Shown here piece after piece: positions 1 through 13,556 of a stretch of 64,000 bases of DNA. The stretch comes from Octopus bimaculoides (lineage: Eukaryota): the NCBI RefSeq assembly GCF_001194135.2, contig NC_068983.1:148699719-148763718 (forward strand). Direction: 5' to 3'. Below the pieces are notes generated by a model. The model was not told where the DNA came from. It saw only the letters and a program-made list of their open reading frames with translations, and ran no database searches. Within the stretch, counting starts at the first letter, position 1. The number at the start of each line of letters is the position of its first letter. Both the position numbers and the translations under genes were made by a program.

Positions 1-123
1 AAAAAAAAAAAAAAAAAATTAACACCAAATATACAGTGCGTGTGTTTTTATTGGCTAAACTGGCAATATGACCATCCCCAAGTACAACAATATATATATA
101 TACATATATACATATATATATAT

Positions 124-279
124 ATGGGCTTCTTTCAGTCTCCGTCTACCAAATCCACTCACAAGTCTTTGGTGAGCCCGAGGCTATAGTAGAAGACACT
201 TGCCTAAGGTGCCACGCAGTGAGACTGAACCTGGACCCATGTGGTTGGTAAGCAAGCTACTTACCACACAGCCACTCCT
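124..279 (-). mobile_element. tRNA-derived SINE, family A, 5' portion
   Basis: Reverse complement reads AGGAGTGGCTGTGTGGTAAGTAGCTTG (A-box-like), then a B-box-like segment, then CTTAGGCAAGTGTCTTCTACTATAGCCTCGGG. Near-identical to 31930-32068 in this window. Confidence 0.9.
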
Positions 280-1494
280 TTGTCTTATTAGGGATGAATT
301 GGAGATCGATTGAACTTACTTTGTTGGTAAGTCTGTCTATATATTCTGGAAGGCTCCCGAAAATATCTCTGCCAATTTCTCGCAACATAACTAATCTGTT
401 TTGTAATTTTCAAAACGCACTATACTCATTATTAACAGTGAAGATTATTAATACCAACAACACTACACATTGAAAGCATCAGTTTGGATTGGAAGAAAAA
501 AAAGAGATCCAGTGATGGAACGCCAATCTTCTCTTGGAAGAATGAGAATTAAAGACGACTTCGGTAAGATTTGAACTTAGAATGTAAGAACATGTAACTA
601 AATACCGTTAAGCAGTTTGTCGTCCGCTCTTCGAACTTAGTGAATATTAACACCAATATTTCAAAAGATACGACGTAGAAAAAGAATAGATAAATTAGCT
701 GCAAGTAGAAGTAGAAGAATCTTACACTGCGACATAGTAAAATGTTGCAGGAACTGGTGATAGTTATCCAAAGTAATATTAGCATAAATAATTTTAACTA
801 GCTAAACTGACTAAAGAAATATAAAAGAAAACCTAATTATTCACAAGTTTTCGTAATAGTTATGTTATCTTTGGAAAATTCAATTCCAGTAGTCTTTACA
901 ATTATACTGACGCATGAAGCACTGAATATATTTGCACATTTTTCTGTGTTATAAATGCTAGTTGCTACAAGAAACCACTATACAAAGAACATACGTCCAT
1001 ATATAAACACAAACACACACACACACGTATTGGTCAATTTGAAATAGAAACTGTGTTAAAAAGCAAGACGGAATGGTGATGTTGGAAGCGCAGATAATGA
1101 TCATAGCTCTCCAAGGGTCATCAGAAGAGAGGAGATTCTTCAGGCCAGAAGTGAGCTCCTACTACACCGCACATTGACGAACGTGTTTTTGTTGTTGTTG
1201 CTGTTGTTGTTGTTTCATTCAAGATCAAAGGCATTTCATTTATATTATCCAGTTTCTTTTTACCTAAATTGCTTAATGTGCCTTTTATTTATGAGGGTGA
1301 AGTGTAATTACGAATTGGCCGCTGTTACAAGCAAGACAAGTAACAACGTAGAGGCCCACTCGTTTGCGTGGAAATTGAATCAGAGTCTCTAATTCAAATT
1401 ACTTCATTTAATGCCTTTAGAAAAGCATATATCCTTTCTGATGCCAGAGTTATTATATACATATATGACTTTATAGTTATTATATACAGAAAAA

Positions 1495-1649
1495 GTATAT
1501 CTGTAGAGGCGAAATAATAACGTTCTCAAAGTGTTTGCTTCTGCAACCATATGGAAATAGGTTCGACCCAACATGCAGAATTTTTTACTTTTTATTTTTG
1601 CCAAGTGTATTTTCGAAAAACCTTCTGTATTATCAATGCAATTTATGAG

Positions 1650-1739
<90 letters not shown>

Positions 1740-2492
1740 CGTGCGTGAGTGTGCGTGTGTGTCCTTGTGTCCTGGATATGACTTCAAATTACGTCCGGTA
1801 GCGGGGCGCTGGTACATGAGAACCAGGGATGTAATGAATGTGGAACCACCTCATAATCACTATTGTTCCCAGATATCCCCTGATATGGAGTAGTAGTATC
1901 TGCCTGGGTCCCGGTTATGGGTTAATTAGCATGTGAATCACTCTTTATAGCTTCCTTGTAGGAGAAGATAAACGCGTATAACAAAATATCTGAAGAGCAG
2001 TTGGTTTTCAGTCGTCTCAACCTATGTTGTATGACTAGTGTTATAGCTGATTGCGCTGAAATGGAAATTCAGTGGTGCACAACTCTCATCCACTTATCTA
2101 CATACATATAAGTTCGTGCAAACGTTCCAAAAATTCAAGATCCTGTACGTGAATTTATTTCCAGTGGATAAGTGTTGCACACCACCGGATCTCCATTTCA
2201 GCGCTGTCAGCTATAACACCAGTGATGCAACAGAGATTGAGACGACTGAAAAATCAACTGCACATCAGATATTTTTTATACGTGTTTATCTTCTCCTAAA
2301 ATGAAGTTCTAAAGAGTGATTCACATGCAAATTAACCCATAGCCGGGACCCAAGCAGATGATACTGCTCCGTGTCAGAGGAGATATGTGAACAATAGTGG
2401 TTATGAAGTAGTTCCACACTCTTCACTCCCCTGGATCTCCTGTTCCAGCGTCCCCACTCCCGGACGCAAATTGAGGTCATATCTAAGACACA

Positions 2493-2529
<37 letters not shown>

Positions 2530-2726
2530 ACACAAACACACACACACACACACACAGCTGCATAGTATCCTGGACATTGCATTGATAATACATAATACAG
2601 AGTTTTCGAAAATGCACTTGTCGGAGAAAAAAAAAGAAAAAATTTCTGCACGTTGGGTCGAACCTGTTTCTACATGATTGCACAAGCGAAAGGTCTGAGA
2701 GTATTATGCCACCTTTACAAATGTAC
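1495..2726. repeat. Large imperfect inverted repeat (foldback): arms ~1495-2094 and ~2163-2726, ~68-bp spacer
   Basis: 1898-1947 matches the reverse complement of 2310-2359 at 47/50. GGTTCGACCCAAC (~1560) pairs with GTTGGGTCGAACC (~2655). The (TG)n tract in arm 1 is mirrored by (CA)n in arm 2. Confidence 0.95.
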
Positions 2727-3356
2727 GCTTATTCTTTTTCCTTCTGGTATTGCCTAAACCCGAAAACCACAAATGGCTTGTCTTTACTTCATAAACCGAA
2801 ATACCAACGAAGAAATCTCGAGGTGAGTCAATTTATCAAACAGTCGGAAGAAATAGACATCAAAATTTTAATTAAAGAAGATGCCTGACATGCAGTGCAT
2901 CTATTGAAAGGCCACCTCTGTAGACAGGATTTACGAAAGCCAGATCGGAAACATTGTCTGCCATCTTGGTTACAGCTATTGCACTTGGAAGGCATATGAA
3001 CCTTATAATACTACATTTAATACCTTACTCTAAATTATAAGACCTTTGTAGCCAAATTAAAGATAAAAATTACATTAACTTCATTTCATGAGAGATACCA
3101 GTGGAAGTACTGACAGCTTTTCCTTTGATGTCATTGTATCAATATATCTTTCAGCTTATTACTTTTTTTTTTTCTGTTTTTGTATTTGTCTCTTGGTGCG
3201 CTTCGTTTTAATTTTGACTACTTTTATTTCTTTTTTTTTTATCAAATATGAATTCCATTATTGTGTGGTTTCAAGGATGTTTCACTGCACGAAACTGTTT
3301 GAGGGCAAAGTATTCACAATAATAAGGACAGGAAAAGCTACTTATTTTGGTATTGC

Positions 3357-3431
<75 letters not shown>

Positions 3432-3752
3432 CACGCACATATACACACAATCACAAACACATGCACACACACACACACACACAAACACTCACACATACAG
3501 TATAAATCGAAATAGAAGTGGTAATATACATATATACTGGTGCCAGATAAAAGTAAGCGCGGGTGTATATATGTATATATTACAACACCTAAAGAAATCA
3601 ATAGGTTATATAAGTGCAATATACGCACACACGTGTGTGTGTGCGTGCATGTGTATGTGAGTTTCATATATATTGTCTAAATCAAAATCAATTGCTTCAC
3701 TAATATACACACATATATACACTCAAACGTATATGTATATTCGTGTATATTC

Positions 3753-3799
<47 letters not shown>

Positions 3800-3829
3800 T
3801 ATATATATATATATGTATATATATGTATG

Positions 3830-3891
<62 letters not shown>

Positions 3892-4797
3892 NNNNNNNNN
3901 NNNNNNNNNNNNNNNNNNNNNNNNNNNNNNNNNNNNNNNNNNNNNNNNNNNNNNNNNNNNNNNNNNNNNNNNNNNNNNNNNNNNNNNNNNNNNNNNNNNN
4001 NNNNNNNNNNNNNNNNNNNNNNNNNNNNNNNNNNNNNNNNNNNNNNNNNNNNNNNNNNNNNNNNNNNNNNNNNNNNNNNNNNNNNNNNNNNNNNNNNNNN
4101 NNNNNNNNNNNNNNNNNNNNNNNNNNNNNNNNNNNNNNNNNNNNNNNNNNNNNNNNNNNNNNNNNNNNNNNNNNNNNNNNNNNNNNNNNNNNNNNNNNNN
4201 NNNNNNNNNNNNNNNNNNNNNNNNNNNNNNNNNNNNNNNNNNNNNNNNNNNNNNNNNNNNNNNNNNNNNNNNNNNNNNNNNNNNNNNNNNNNNNNNNNNN
4301 NNNNNNNNNNNNNNNNNNNNNNNNNNNNNNNNNNNNNNNNNNNNNNNNNNNNNNNNNNNNNNNNNNNNNNNNNNNNNNNNNNNNNNNNNNNNNNNNNNNN
4401 NNNNNNNNNNNNNNNNNNNNNNNNNNNNNNNNNNNNNNNNNNNNNNNNNNNNNNNNNNNNNNNNNNNNNNNNNNNNNNNNNNNNNNNNNNNNNNNNNNNN
4501 NNNNNNNNNNNNNNNNNNNNNNNNNNNNNNNNNNNNNNNNNNNNNNNNNNNNNNNNNNNNNNNNNNNNNNNNNNNNNNNNNNNNNNNNNNNNNNNNNNNN
4601 NNNNNNNNNNNNNNNNNNNNNNNNNNNNNNNNNNNNNNNNNNNNNNNNNNNNNNNNNNNNNNNNNNNNNNNNNNNNNNNNNNNNNNNNNNNNNNNNNNNN
4701 NNNNNNNNNNNNNNNNNNNNNNNNNNNNNNNNNNNNNNNNNNNNNNNNNNNNNNNNNNNNNNNNNNNNNNNNNNNNNNNNNNNNNNNNNNNNNNNNA
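3892..4797. other. Assembly gap (N). Other gaps: 7195-7776, 10099-10343, 12715-12925, 14316-14436, 18332-18777, 20297-20990, 29388-30161, 41369-42310, 57660-58035, 59120-59172
   Basis: Runs of N, usually abutting (TA)n, (TG)n or (GAA)n microsatellites. Confidence 1.
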
Positions 4798-4910
4798 AAA
4801 TCTGTAAAACTTTCCGCAAGTTTATCATTTAGGTATATATAAGCATGTTTAAACATGCAAGTATATGCATGAGAAGACACACATAAAACAAATCATACAA
4901 ATCTACACGT

Positions 4911-4951
<41 letters not shown>

Positions 4952-5091
4952 TACAGAAATACCCTGTTGTTGATGTTGAAATTCCAATGAAGGAGCGAGC
5001 CTTAGATCTAGGTTAGAAAACGGCTCTTTCTCTATTAGCAAGAAATCTTGAAATAAAACTAAATAAGGACATACATATATACAAACATACA

Positions 5092-5120
<29 letters not shown>

Positions 5121-5122
<2 letters not shown>

Positions 5123-5410
5123 GATGATGATGGCCGTCCACTCGTAACCGAGGAAGACCATTGCCGACATTATGGAACATTGTGCGCTCAAGGACTAATT
5201 TATATCTTGCATTTGCGGCTCCGTTGGTGCTTAATGAGCCCTGCTTTTGACAAACATACACGACTGCAAACATTGCAGACCAAGCTTTCCCCATTCACTA
5301 TACGAGCCGTGCGCTTTCACGCAGCTCGCTTAAGTTCTTCATGCTGGATACGTGCTCTCTCAAAAGTGTCGATCCCCTCCTTAACCTGCTTCCTCCATCT
5401 GTGGCGATGA
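5121..5410 (-). mobile_element. 5'-truncated RTE-type LINE 3' end (ORF C-terminus with C2H2-like finger, 3' UTR, (CAT)n tail)
   Basis: Minus strand 5410-5199 reads HRHRWRKQVKEGIDTFERARIQHEELKRAA*KRTARIVNGESLVCNVCSRVCLSKAGLIKHQRSRKCKI*, resembling the RTE C-terminal WR...R...KR...CxxC...GL..H region. It ends in GGACGGCCATCATCATCAT. A 25-bp direct repeat flanks it (5068-5092, 5409-5433). Confidence 0.8.
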
Positions 5411-5448
5411 CATACATATATACAAACATACATGCATATATATACAAA

Positions 5449-5480
<32 letters not shown>

Positions 5481-5720
5481 GGTGGTTGTCTACTCCTTAA
5501 ACAGAGTTTGACCACCTCCTGCACCTACACCTTAGCCCTTTCATGGCGTCTGATGTGGCCTTTTAAACCAGACAGTGTTTTGAAAAAACACCCACACAGA
5601 TTGCACCTCTGATTTGCACTACCAATACCTGCAAGTAAGTGCTGCTCATTGTGGATCCTAACATGTCTTTTAAGACCCCCATTGGATTTGCAAACCCTCT
5701 GGCACACACCACATTCAATC
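5481..5720 (-). mobile_element. Second LINE 3' end (RTE-like) encoding two C2H2 zinc fingers
   Basis: Minus strand IECGVCQRVCKSNGGLKRHVRIH...CNLCGCFFKTLSGLKGHIRRHERAKV*, followed by a short 3' UTR and an (ATGT)n tail. Its 5' end stops abruptly in a microsatellite. Confidence 0.65.
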
Positions 5721-6674
5721 ATACATACATACATACACACACACACACATCCACCATCATCTCCGAATGAACGATACAGAAATATTATAAATCACTAGCA
5801 ACCAGCAAAATTGTGTAATACAAGGTCGATTCTTGCCGGAGAAACTTCATTCCAACCTTCCCTCTACCAGCAAATTTTGGTAGCAGTGAATTAACCTATA
5901 GAAAATCGGGGTGATACACAATTGGATCTGCCGAGCTGATTTGATCTAACCTGATGGAAGTTAGATCCCAACTTAATCCTTTTCATTCCAGGTCTTAAAA
6001 CTTGCTTGTGGTCAATAAAACCTAACAGGTTGATCTGACCTAATGATGCAAAATCCGATCTCTGTTGGAGACATTTCCTTTGTTTTTCGCTGTAGCTGCA
6101 ATTTTACGAGAGAAACCAATTAGCCAACAGACATATGAGATAGGGGATAACGGATTCGATTTTCCTAGCTGATGCCATTTAACCTAACATTTACTTGAGC
6201 ATAAAACAAAATGCAACCTTTCTGCAGGAGCGGGCAAGCGCCTCCTTATTGTTACACAATATTTTTATCTGGTTTTCGATTTGAATGCAAATATAATTGT
6301 AAACAAATTTTGTAAATGCATTATTTTGTTATGTATAGTAATGTGTGTGTGTCTGTGTGTGTGTGTCTGTGTGTGTGTCTGTGTCTGTGTGTGTGTCTGT
6401 GTCTGTGTGTGTGTCTCTGTGTGTATCTTTGCCGGTGTCCCTGTCTGTGTGTGTTAATATGTATACTAGTGTGTTTGAGTGCCAGTGAAATTCTGTTATG
6501 AAATCAATTAAAATAAGATATCGTGATTTCTCGCATCTTACTCGGGAGGAAACAAGATTCTGTGACATTCATGCTTTTGTTTTTTCATCTCTATTAAGCT
6601 TACGAAGTGTGAATTGTTTCTGACTCGAACATTACTCACTAAGTACTTATGTTGAGTACTTAGCAGAAAACTGT

Positions 6675-6989
<315 letters not shown>

Positions 6990-7141
6990 CAGTTGTGTAA
7001 AAAACAACTAGATAAATATATAGGTGGGTGGATATATAAACACTTTATTTGATTGTCTACAGTTAGCTGGTGCAAATCACACTGACACATATTTACATAT
7101 ACACATACACACGTATATTCACATTCACATACAATACTATA

Positions 7142-7194
<53 letters not shown>

Positions 7195-7776
7195 NNNNNN
7201 NNNNNNNNNNNNNNNNNNNNNNNNNNNNNNNNNNNNNNNNNNNNNNNNNNNNNNNNNNNNNNNNNNNNNNNNNNNNNNNNNNNNNNNNNNNNNNNNNNNN
7301 NNNNNNNNNNNNNNNNNNNNNNNNNNNNNNNNNNNNNNNNNNNNNNNNNNNNNNNNNNNNNNNNNNNNNNNNNNNNNNNNNNNNNNNNNNNNNNNNNNNN
7401 NNNNNNNNNNNNNNNNNNNNNNNNNNNNNNNNNNNNNNNNNNNNNNNNNNNNNNNNNNNNNNNNNNNNNNNNNNNNNNNNNNNNNNNNNNNNNNNNNNNN
7501 NNNNNNNNNNNNNNNNNNNNNNNNNNNNNNNNNNNNNNNNNNNNNNNNNNNNNNNNNNNNNNNNNNNNNNNNNNNNNNNNNNNNNNNNNNNNNNNNNNNN
7601 NNNNNNNNNNNNNNNNNNNNNNNNNNNNNNNNNNNNNNNNNNNNNNNNNNNNNNNNNNNNNNNNNNNNNNNNNNNNNNNNNNNNNNNNNNNNNNNNNNNN
7701 NNNNNNNNNNNNNNNNNNNNNNNNNNNNNNNNNNNNNNNNNNNNNNNNNNNNNNNNNNNNNNNNNNNNNNNNNNNN

Positions 7777-7884
7777 GAAGAAGAAGAAGAAGAAGAAGAA
7801 GAAGAAGAAGAAGAAGAAGAAGAAGAAGAAGAAGAAGAAGAAGAAGAAGAAGAAGAAGAAGAAGAAGAAGAAGAAGAAGAAGAA
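7777..7884. repeat. (GAA)n microsatellite
   Basis: Direct reading; runs into a gap. Confidence 0.98.
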
Positions 7885-8302
7885 CATGGTGATAGAAGTT
7901 GACACGTGACATAATATGGCGAGAGAACCTCGCTGGAAAGAAGAACAATGAATAACATGCCTTGCAATTGTTAGTTAAATCCTTTTATGAGCCCTTTAGT
8001 TTCTAAGTCCAACACTTTCTGGGACAGAATTTATCTACCATTCTTCTAAGGTTAAAAATATAGACACATTCCAAGTACCCTGATCGGATTCAGTCAATTA
8101 TATCTTACCTATTGGCAACTAACTTGTTCTTCAAAAGTTCTGGCTCTACCAAATGGAAAAATCTTTTTCGAAAGGGTTTAAAATTTGTACGAAAAATGTT
8201 TCATTTTTAAACATATTTTTCTTTTTTCTTTTTCCTCTTTGTCAACATTCATGTAGCAAAATGGCTACATGGAAAGTCCACCTGACTCTAAACAAAATAA
8301 AC

Positions 8303-8511
8303 TTTTCTACAATAGGCACAATGCCTGACATTTTGAGGAGAGGGAGCTGGTCAATTACACTGACCCCAGTACTCAATTAGTGCTTATTTCATCCTCAAAA
8401 GGATGAAAAGCAAAGTTGACCACGGCGGAATTTGAATTCAGAATGTAAAGACTGACGAAATGCTGCTAAGTGTTTTATCCGGCATGCTAATGATTTTGCC
8501 AGCTTACCACT
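8303..8511 (-). mobile_element. tRNA-derived SINE, family B (older copy); a further degenerate partial copy follows at ~8518-8628
   Basis: Shares GACCCCAGT...GGATGAAAAGCAAAGTTGACC..GGCGGAATTTGAATTCAGAATGTAAAGAC with the 9660-9874 copy. Confidence 0.85.
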
Positions 8512-8918
8512 CTCTCGACCTATGAATCATGAAAAGCAAAGGTGTGAGGGATTTGAACTCGGAAACTAAACGAACGCAATTCAATACGACATTCTACTTT
8601 GTCCAACACTCTACCAATTTTGCTGCACTTTATTTTCTTACAATTGAAGAGACTTTTCTTTCAACTAAAGAATAAATAATTAAATAAATAAGAAATTAAT
8701 AAGTACTAAAAACATTAAAGTGACAAAAGAAATGACAACCAATTAACGATTGAAATCTCAGCAAATAGAGTTTTGGGTGAGGATAGATATTTTCATTTAT
8801 TTACTTGTCTTCTTGGTTCGTTCATAGTTTTCTTCCCCAAATTAAACATTGTGTTGCTTTCGTCTGTTTTTCAGTTTGCTTTGTTTGGTTTTTTTTTTTT
8901 TTTGTATGTAGGTGTGTA

Positions 8919-9026
<108 letters not shown>

Positions 9027-9659
9027 CGGCGGAGGCGGCGGCAGCACCAGCAACAAGAGCAGCAGTAGTAGATGGTTTTGGATAGATGAGTTGTATTTAG
9101 CTGTTCATGTCGTTTAGTCCCAGAATACTTTTCACCGAACAGATCAATGATCAACGACATTTCAACAGTGACCCTCCCGACTGTTTTCCTATATACAAGG
9201 GACCCAGGATTACACTACTCAACGTTCTCTTTCCTAACAGAAAAAGTTGTGATTCGTGGCAGGTTTCGTGACATTTCTAGCAGATCGAACTACTAAAAAA
9301 CTTGCCATCGTAGGGTCTTGTGTGGTAGGTGGTTATTGTGGGTGGAAAGTGATTTCGAGTGGATGTATTGGACGGAATCGATAACACGTCCATGTGTCAG
9401 CGTAAATGATAAGTGTTCACTTCTAAGGATGAACAATGAAAGAAAATCAGAAAGAAAGGAAAGGAAAAAAAAACAAACAAAAAATTCGAATCAAGCAAGC
9501 AAGAAAATAGCAATCGAAATCCTGTGCATTTCCATGATGGGGTAATTAATAAATTATTTGTTAGAGGCAATGTGTCTGGTGATTAGTGCGTGTTTACGCA
9601 TGTGTGGTTATGAGTGTTTGAATGAGTGGATGTGCTGGTGAATTAAAGAGTTTAATAAT

Positions 9660-9874
9660 CCTTTCTACTAGAGACACAAGGCCTCAAATTTGGACGGGAG
9701 GAGCCTAGTCGATTACATCGACCCCAGTGTTTCACTGGTACTTAATTTATCGACCCTGAAAGGATGAAAGGCAAAGTCAACCTCGGCGGAATTTGAACGC
9801 AGAACGTAGAGACGAGCGAAATACCGCTAAACATTTAGCCCAGCGCGCTAATGATTCTGCCAGCTCACCGCCTT
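9660..9874 (-). mobile_element. Full-length tRNA-derived SINE, family B, with 18-bp TSD
   Basis: Reverse complement starts AAGGCGGTGAGCTGGCAGAATCATTAG (A box) and contains GTTCAAATTCCGCCGAGG (B box) and CTTTCATCCTTTCAGGGTCGATAAATTAAGTACCAG. TSD ATTAAAGAGTTTAATAAT at 9642-9659 and 9875-9892. Confidence 0.95.
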
Positions 9875-10060
9875 ATTAAAGAGTTTAATAATGACATGGT
9901 AGAGAGGTAGTAGAGATATTCGAAGATATAAACTTGCAGTTAGCTAGATAGATGGGTCGAAGGATAGTGAAGAAGGGATGCATCTTAACCGAAAGAAAAA
10001 TTTCACTCCAAGGACTATGAGAACACACATATACACACACATACACATACACGGGTATAT

Positions 10061-10098
<38 letters not shown>

Positions 10099-11389
10099 NN
10101 NNNNNNNNNNNNNNNNNNNNNNNNNNNNNNNNNNNNNNNNNNNNNNNNNNNNNNNNNNNNNNNNNNNNNNNNNNNNNNNNNNNNNNNNNNNNNNNNNNNN
10201 NNNNNNNNNNNNNNNNNNNNNNNNNNNNNNNNNNNNNNNNNNNNNNNNNNNNNNNNNNNNNNNNNNNNNNNNNNNNNNNNNNNNNNNNNNNNNNNNNNNN
10301 NNNNNNNNNNNNNNNNNNNNNNNNNNNNNNNNNNNNNNNNNNNAATTCTTTGCATTTTGTATCAGCTTTTAAAAAGCTGATAGAAAGATGGGGTTAAAAC
10401 TGCACGCTTAAATAAGTCAAAAATCCCTATAAAAGACAGTTCCCTATTGAGCAATTTAATTTGCATTAAATTGCAAAATATTGGCATTCTCACTTAAGCA
10501 TTGTGCATAGAAGTTTTAGAATATAGCTGAAACTTACGTTTTTATGGTTTCTGTCGAAAACTGATAAATGTTTGGCTTCTGGAGAAGTATTATCAGATAA
10601 GGTAACGAAAGTGACGAATGCATACACAACGGCGACGAGCCATCAGACTTGTCTGGGAAATTATTTCCATAGTCGCCCACACAACATACACACACGCATA
10701 GAAAGAAGGCATATACATTTATCCACCTCTCGTATCTTTCTTTTTATCTCTCTCTCTCTCTCTCTTTCGCTTAATCTCTCTCGCTGTGTCTCAAATGTGT
10801 GTGTGTCTGTTTAGAGAAAGTGGGATGTAGGCGGAATGAGAAAGAAAATGAGATACGACAAAGTATAGCAGTTTGAATGCAGAACTAAAGAAAAACTATT
10901 TTAAAAGGCTGAAGATATTCAGTAATTATCGATTTCTTACACGAATGCAATGCCTCAAATATGACGGTTGGATTCAACCGAATTAGATCGATTCTCAGAA
11001 TTCATCTGGTACATATCTATCGACCCCAGAAGTATGAGAGAAAGCATCGGCTTTGAAGAGATTTGAACACACAGAGTTAAGGCATGCAAATGTATTGCAA
11101 ACATTTTAACTGCCATTCTACCGATTCATGGCTCACAACACCCACATAATTTATTCTATGTATTCATCGACACACAAGTGCAGAAAAATACAATTATTTG
11201 AACTTTCAGGGATCAGAAAGATTTATTAATGGGCGTTCATCTCATTGAATACTTAATGGGAGAGTAACGATTATTTTGCCCCCAATAATGAAGAGTTATT
11301 TTATCGTGGAAACTTTCGAACTATATTATATTTTGTATCTTGCAGTGCACTATAATACTTTGCAACTTCTAGTCACTAACAGTAATAAT

Positions 11390-11563
11390 GGTTTTGAATT
11401 TTGGCTAAAGACCAGCAAGTTCTGGGGAGGTGGCTCGTCGATTACATCGACTCCAGGGTTCAACTGGTACTAATTTTATAGACCCCGAAAGGATGAAAAA
11501 CAAAGTCGATCTCGGCGAAGTTCGAACTAAGAACGTAAAAACCGACGAAATGGCGCTAAGCAT
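11390..11563 (-). mobile_element. SINE family B copy (more degenerate copies at ~10960-11110 and ~11620-11765)
   Basis: GTCGATTACATCGAC...CTGGTACT...GACCCCGAAAGGATGAAA...GTCGATCTCGGCG matches the 9660 copy. Confidence 0.85.
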
Positions 11564-13556
11564 ATAATCGACTGATCTCCATCGCCAAAACGACTTTTTC
11601 TTACATTATCTCTAAAGTAGATAATACTCAATTTATCAACACCAAAGGCCTAAAGGAAAGAGAAGGCAATGCCTGCGAGATTTGAACTCAAATTCTAACT
11701 TAAAGACCATGCCGTAAATAAATACCGCAAGCAATTTTACCACCGCTCTGACGATTCTGCGATTCAATCCCCCACCCTTTGTCAGTAACACGAATGTAAT
11801 AATATAACTAAAAGCTGGAAGGCAGGATCTTACCTCTAGTCAAACAAGTCAACCTAATTTATATTGCAATTAAGTATAATTTCTGAATTAATTTATCGTG
11901 AATAATATAATAAGACAGTGGAAGAAAAGCATCGTTTAAAGACCCATTACAACTAATGATGTGGTGGTGGTAGGGAAGTTAAGTGAAATATAGTAAAATA
12001 CGGAAATACGATAAGCAAATCGGTAATTTAGCATTAACTATTGAATTTTTATATAAAATTGGTAAGCGATTTAATGGTTGTGTAGCAAGGAGAACGGAAC
12101 ACTGCGAGGAATATATATCTGACATATTTGTGTGTGTGAAATTGTGCTCAATATGTGTGTGTTCAATGTGTGTGTATGTATGTGCGTGTGTGTGTGCGTA
12201 CAAGAATTTATACATAAATATATTCACACATATACTTACGTACACACACATATATTTCTATATAAATATGTATGTGTGAAAGTGTGTACATGTGTGTAAA
12301 ACACAAAGATACATACAAACATAGAAACGTAGATACACATTAGAGTGTCTTGATTCATTAAACTAGACACAATATCAGAGGGAAACCATGCATGTACCGT
12401 TGATTCTTCAAGCGTTAAAAACATAGATACATCATTTTCTTCCCTATTGCTTTGTTTAGAATTTTTCTGGAAATGCGTAAATAATTTACAACTGACAGGT
12501 TACCAATAGTTACAAAATTTTTTTCTGAATACCTTAGCACGTTTTATCCTTACAAAATGTATGTATGTTGGTGTGTTTGTGTGTAGTTGTGACACACACA
12601 CACATATATATATACAATGACATGTGCATAGCTATACATACATATACATACATAAATACACCCCCCCACACACACACATATATATATACAATGACATGTG
12701 CATAGCTATACATANNNNNNNNNNNNNNNNNNNNNNNNNNNNNNNNNNNNNNNNNNNNNNNNNNNNNNNNNNNNNNNNNNNNNNNNNNNNNNNNNNNNNN
12801 NNNNNNNNNNNNNNNNNNNNNNNNNNNNNNNNNNNNNNNNNNNNNNNNNNNNNNNNNNNNNNNNNNNNNNNNNNNNNNNNNNNNNNNNNNNNNNNNNNNN
12901 NNNNNNNNNNNNNNNNNNNNNNNNNTTGTTACTGTTGCTCGTTGACTTATTTCTGCTCAGGAAATGGTGACATATTTACGAAAAGAAGAAATCAAGTTAA
13001 AATTTATTATTACCTCCTGGATATTTTTTCTACCTTTCCTTTCAGATTTCTTATTCAAATAAACATGCACAATTTTTAAAAGGATATTCTACGATATTAC
13101 TTGTTTGCTATTTAAGATCTTAACTGAAATCGTTTACTCGAAATATTTTCTAAATGTGGAAGATGTTTGTTAAAGGTAAAAAGAAAATGAAACCGCAAGA
13201 AAAAAAGAAGGCTTTTCTTTTTTTTTTCTTGAACTTTTCACTTAGGAAGCAATTTTGAAGAGCTTTTTCTGTATTTCTTTCAATTTCTCATGAAGCAATA
13301 TAATTGAAACGTTCCGAATTCTCGTAAGCGTATAAGCTAAACTATTGATCCTATAGTAACCGAATACTTCTAGAGCGTGACATCACAACATTCAAACTCC
13401 AATACGTGATACCCACCACCACGACTTCGCTTCACATTGTAGATATTGAATACATATAAACACCATTTATCTATATCTATATTTATCAAGATAGATAGAT
13501 GGATAGACAGACAGACAGATAGATAGGTACGTTAAATTAGTTTCCTTTTAGCTTTT

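Noticed and set aside
292-326. Possible first coding exon MNWRSIELTLL with TTG|GTAAGT
   Set aside because: The acceptor borrows from the adjacent SINE end, and I found no phase-compatible next exon.
3673-4880. Long ORFs of 270-390 aa in the track (also at 6.9-7.9, 20.2-21.1, 29.3-30.2, 41.3-42.4 and 57.6-58.2 kb)
   Set aside because: They consist of N-gap X residues plus dinucleotide translations ([12 protein letters not shown]) and are not genes.
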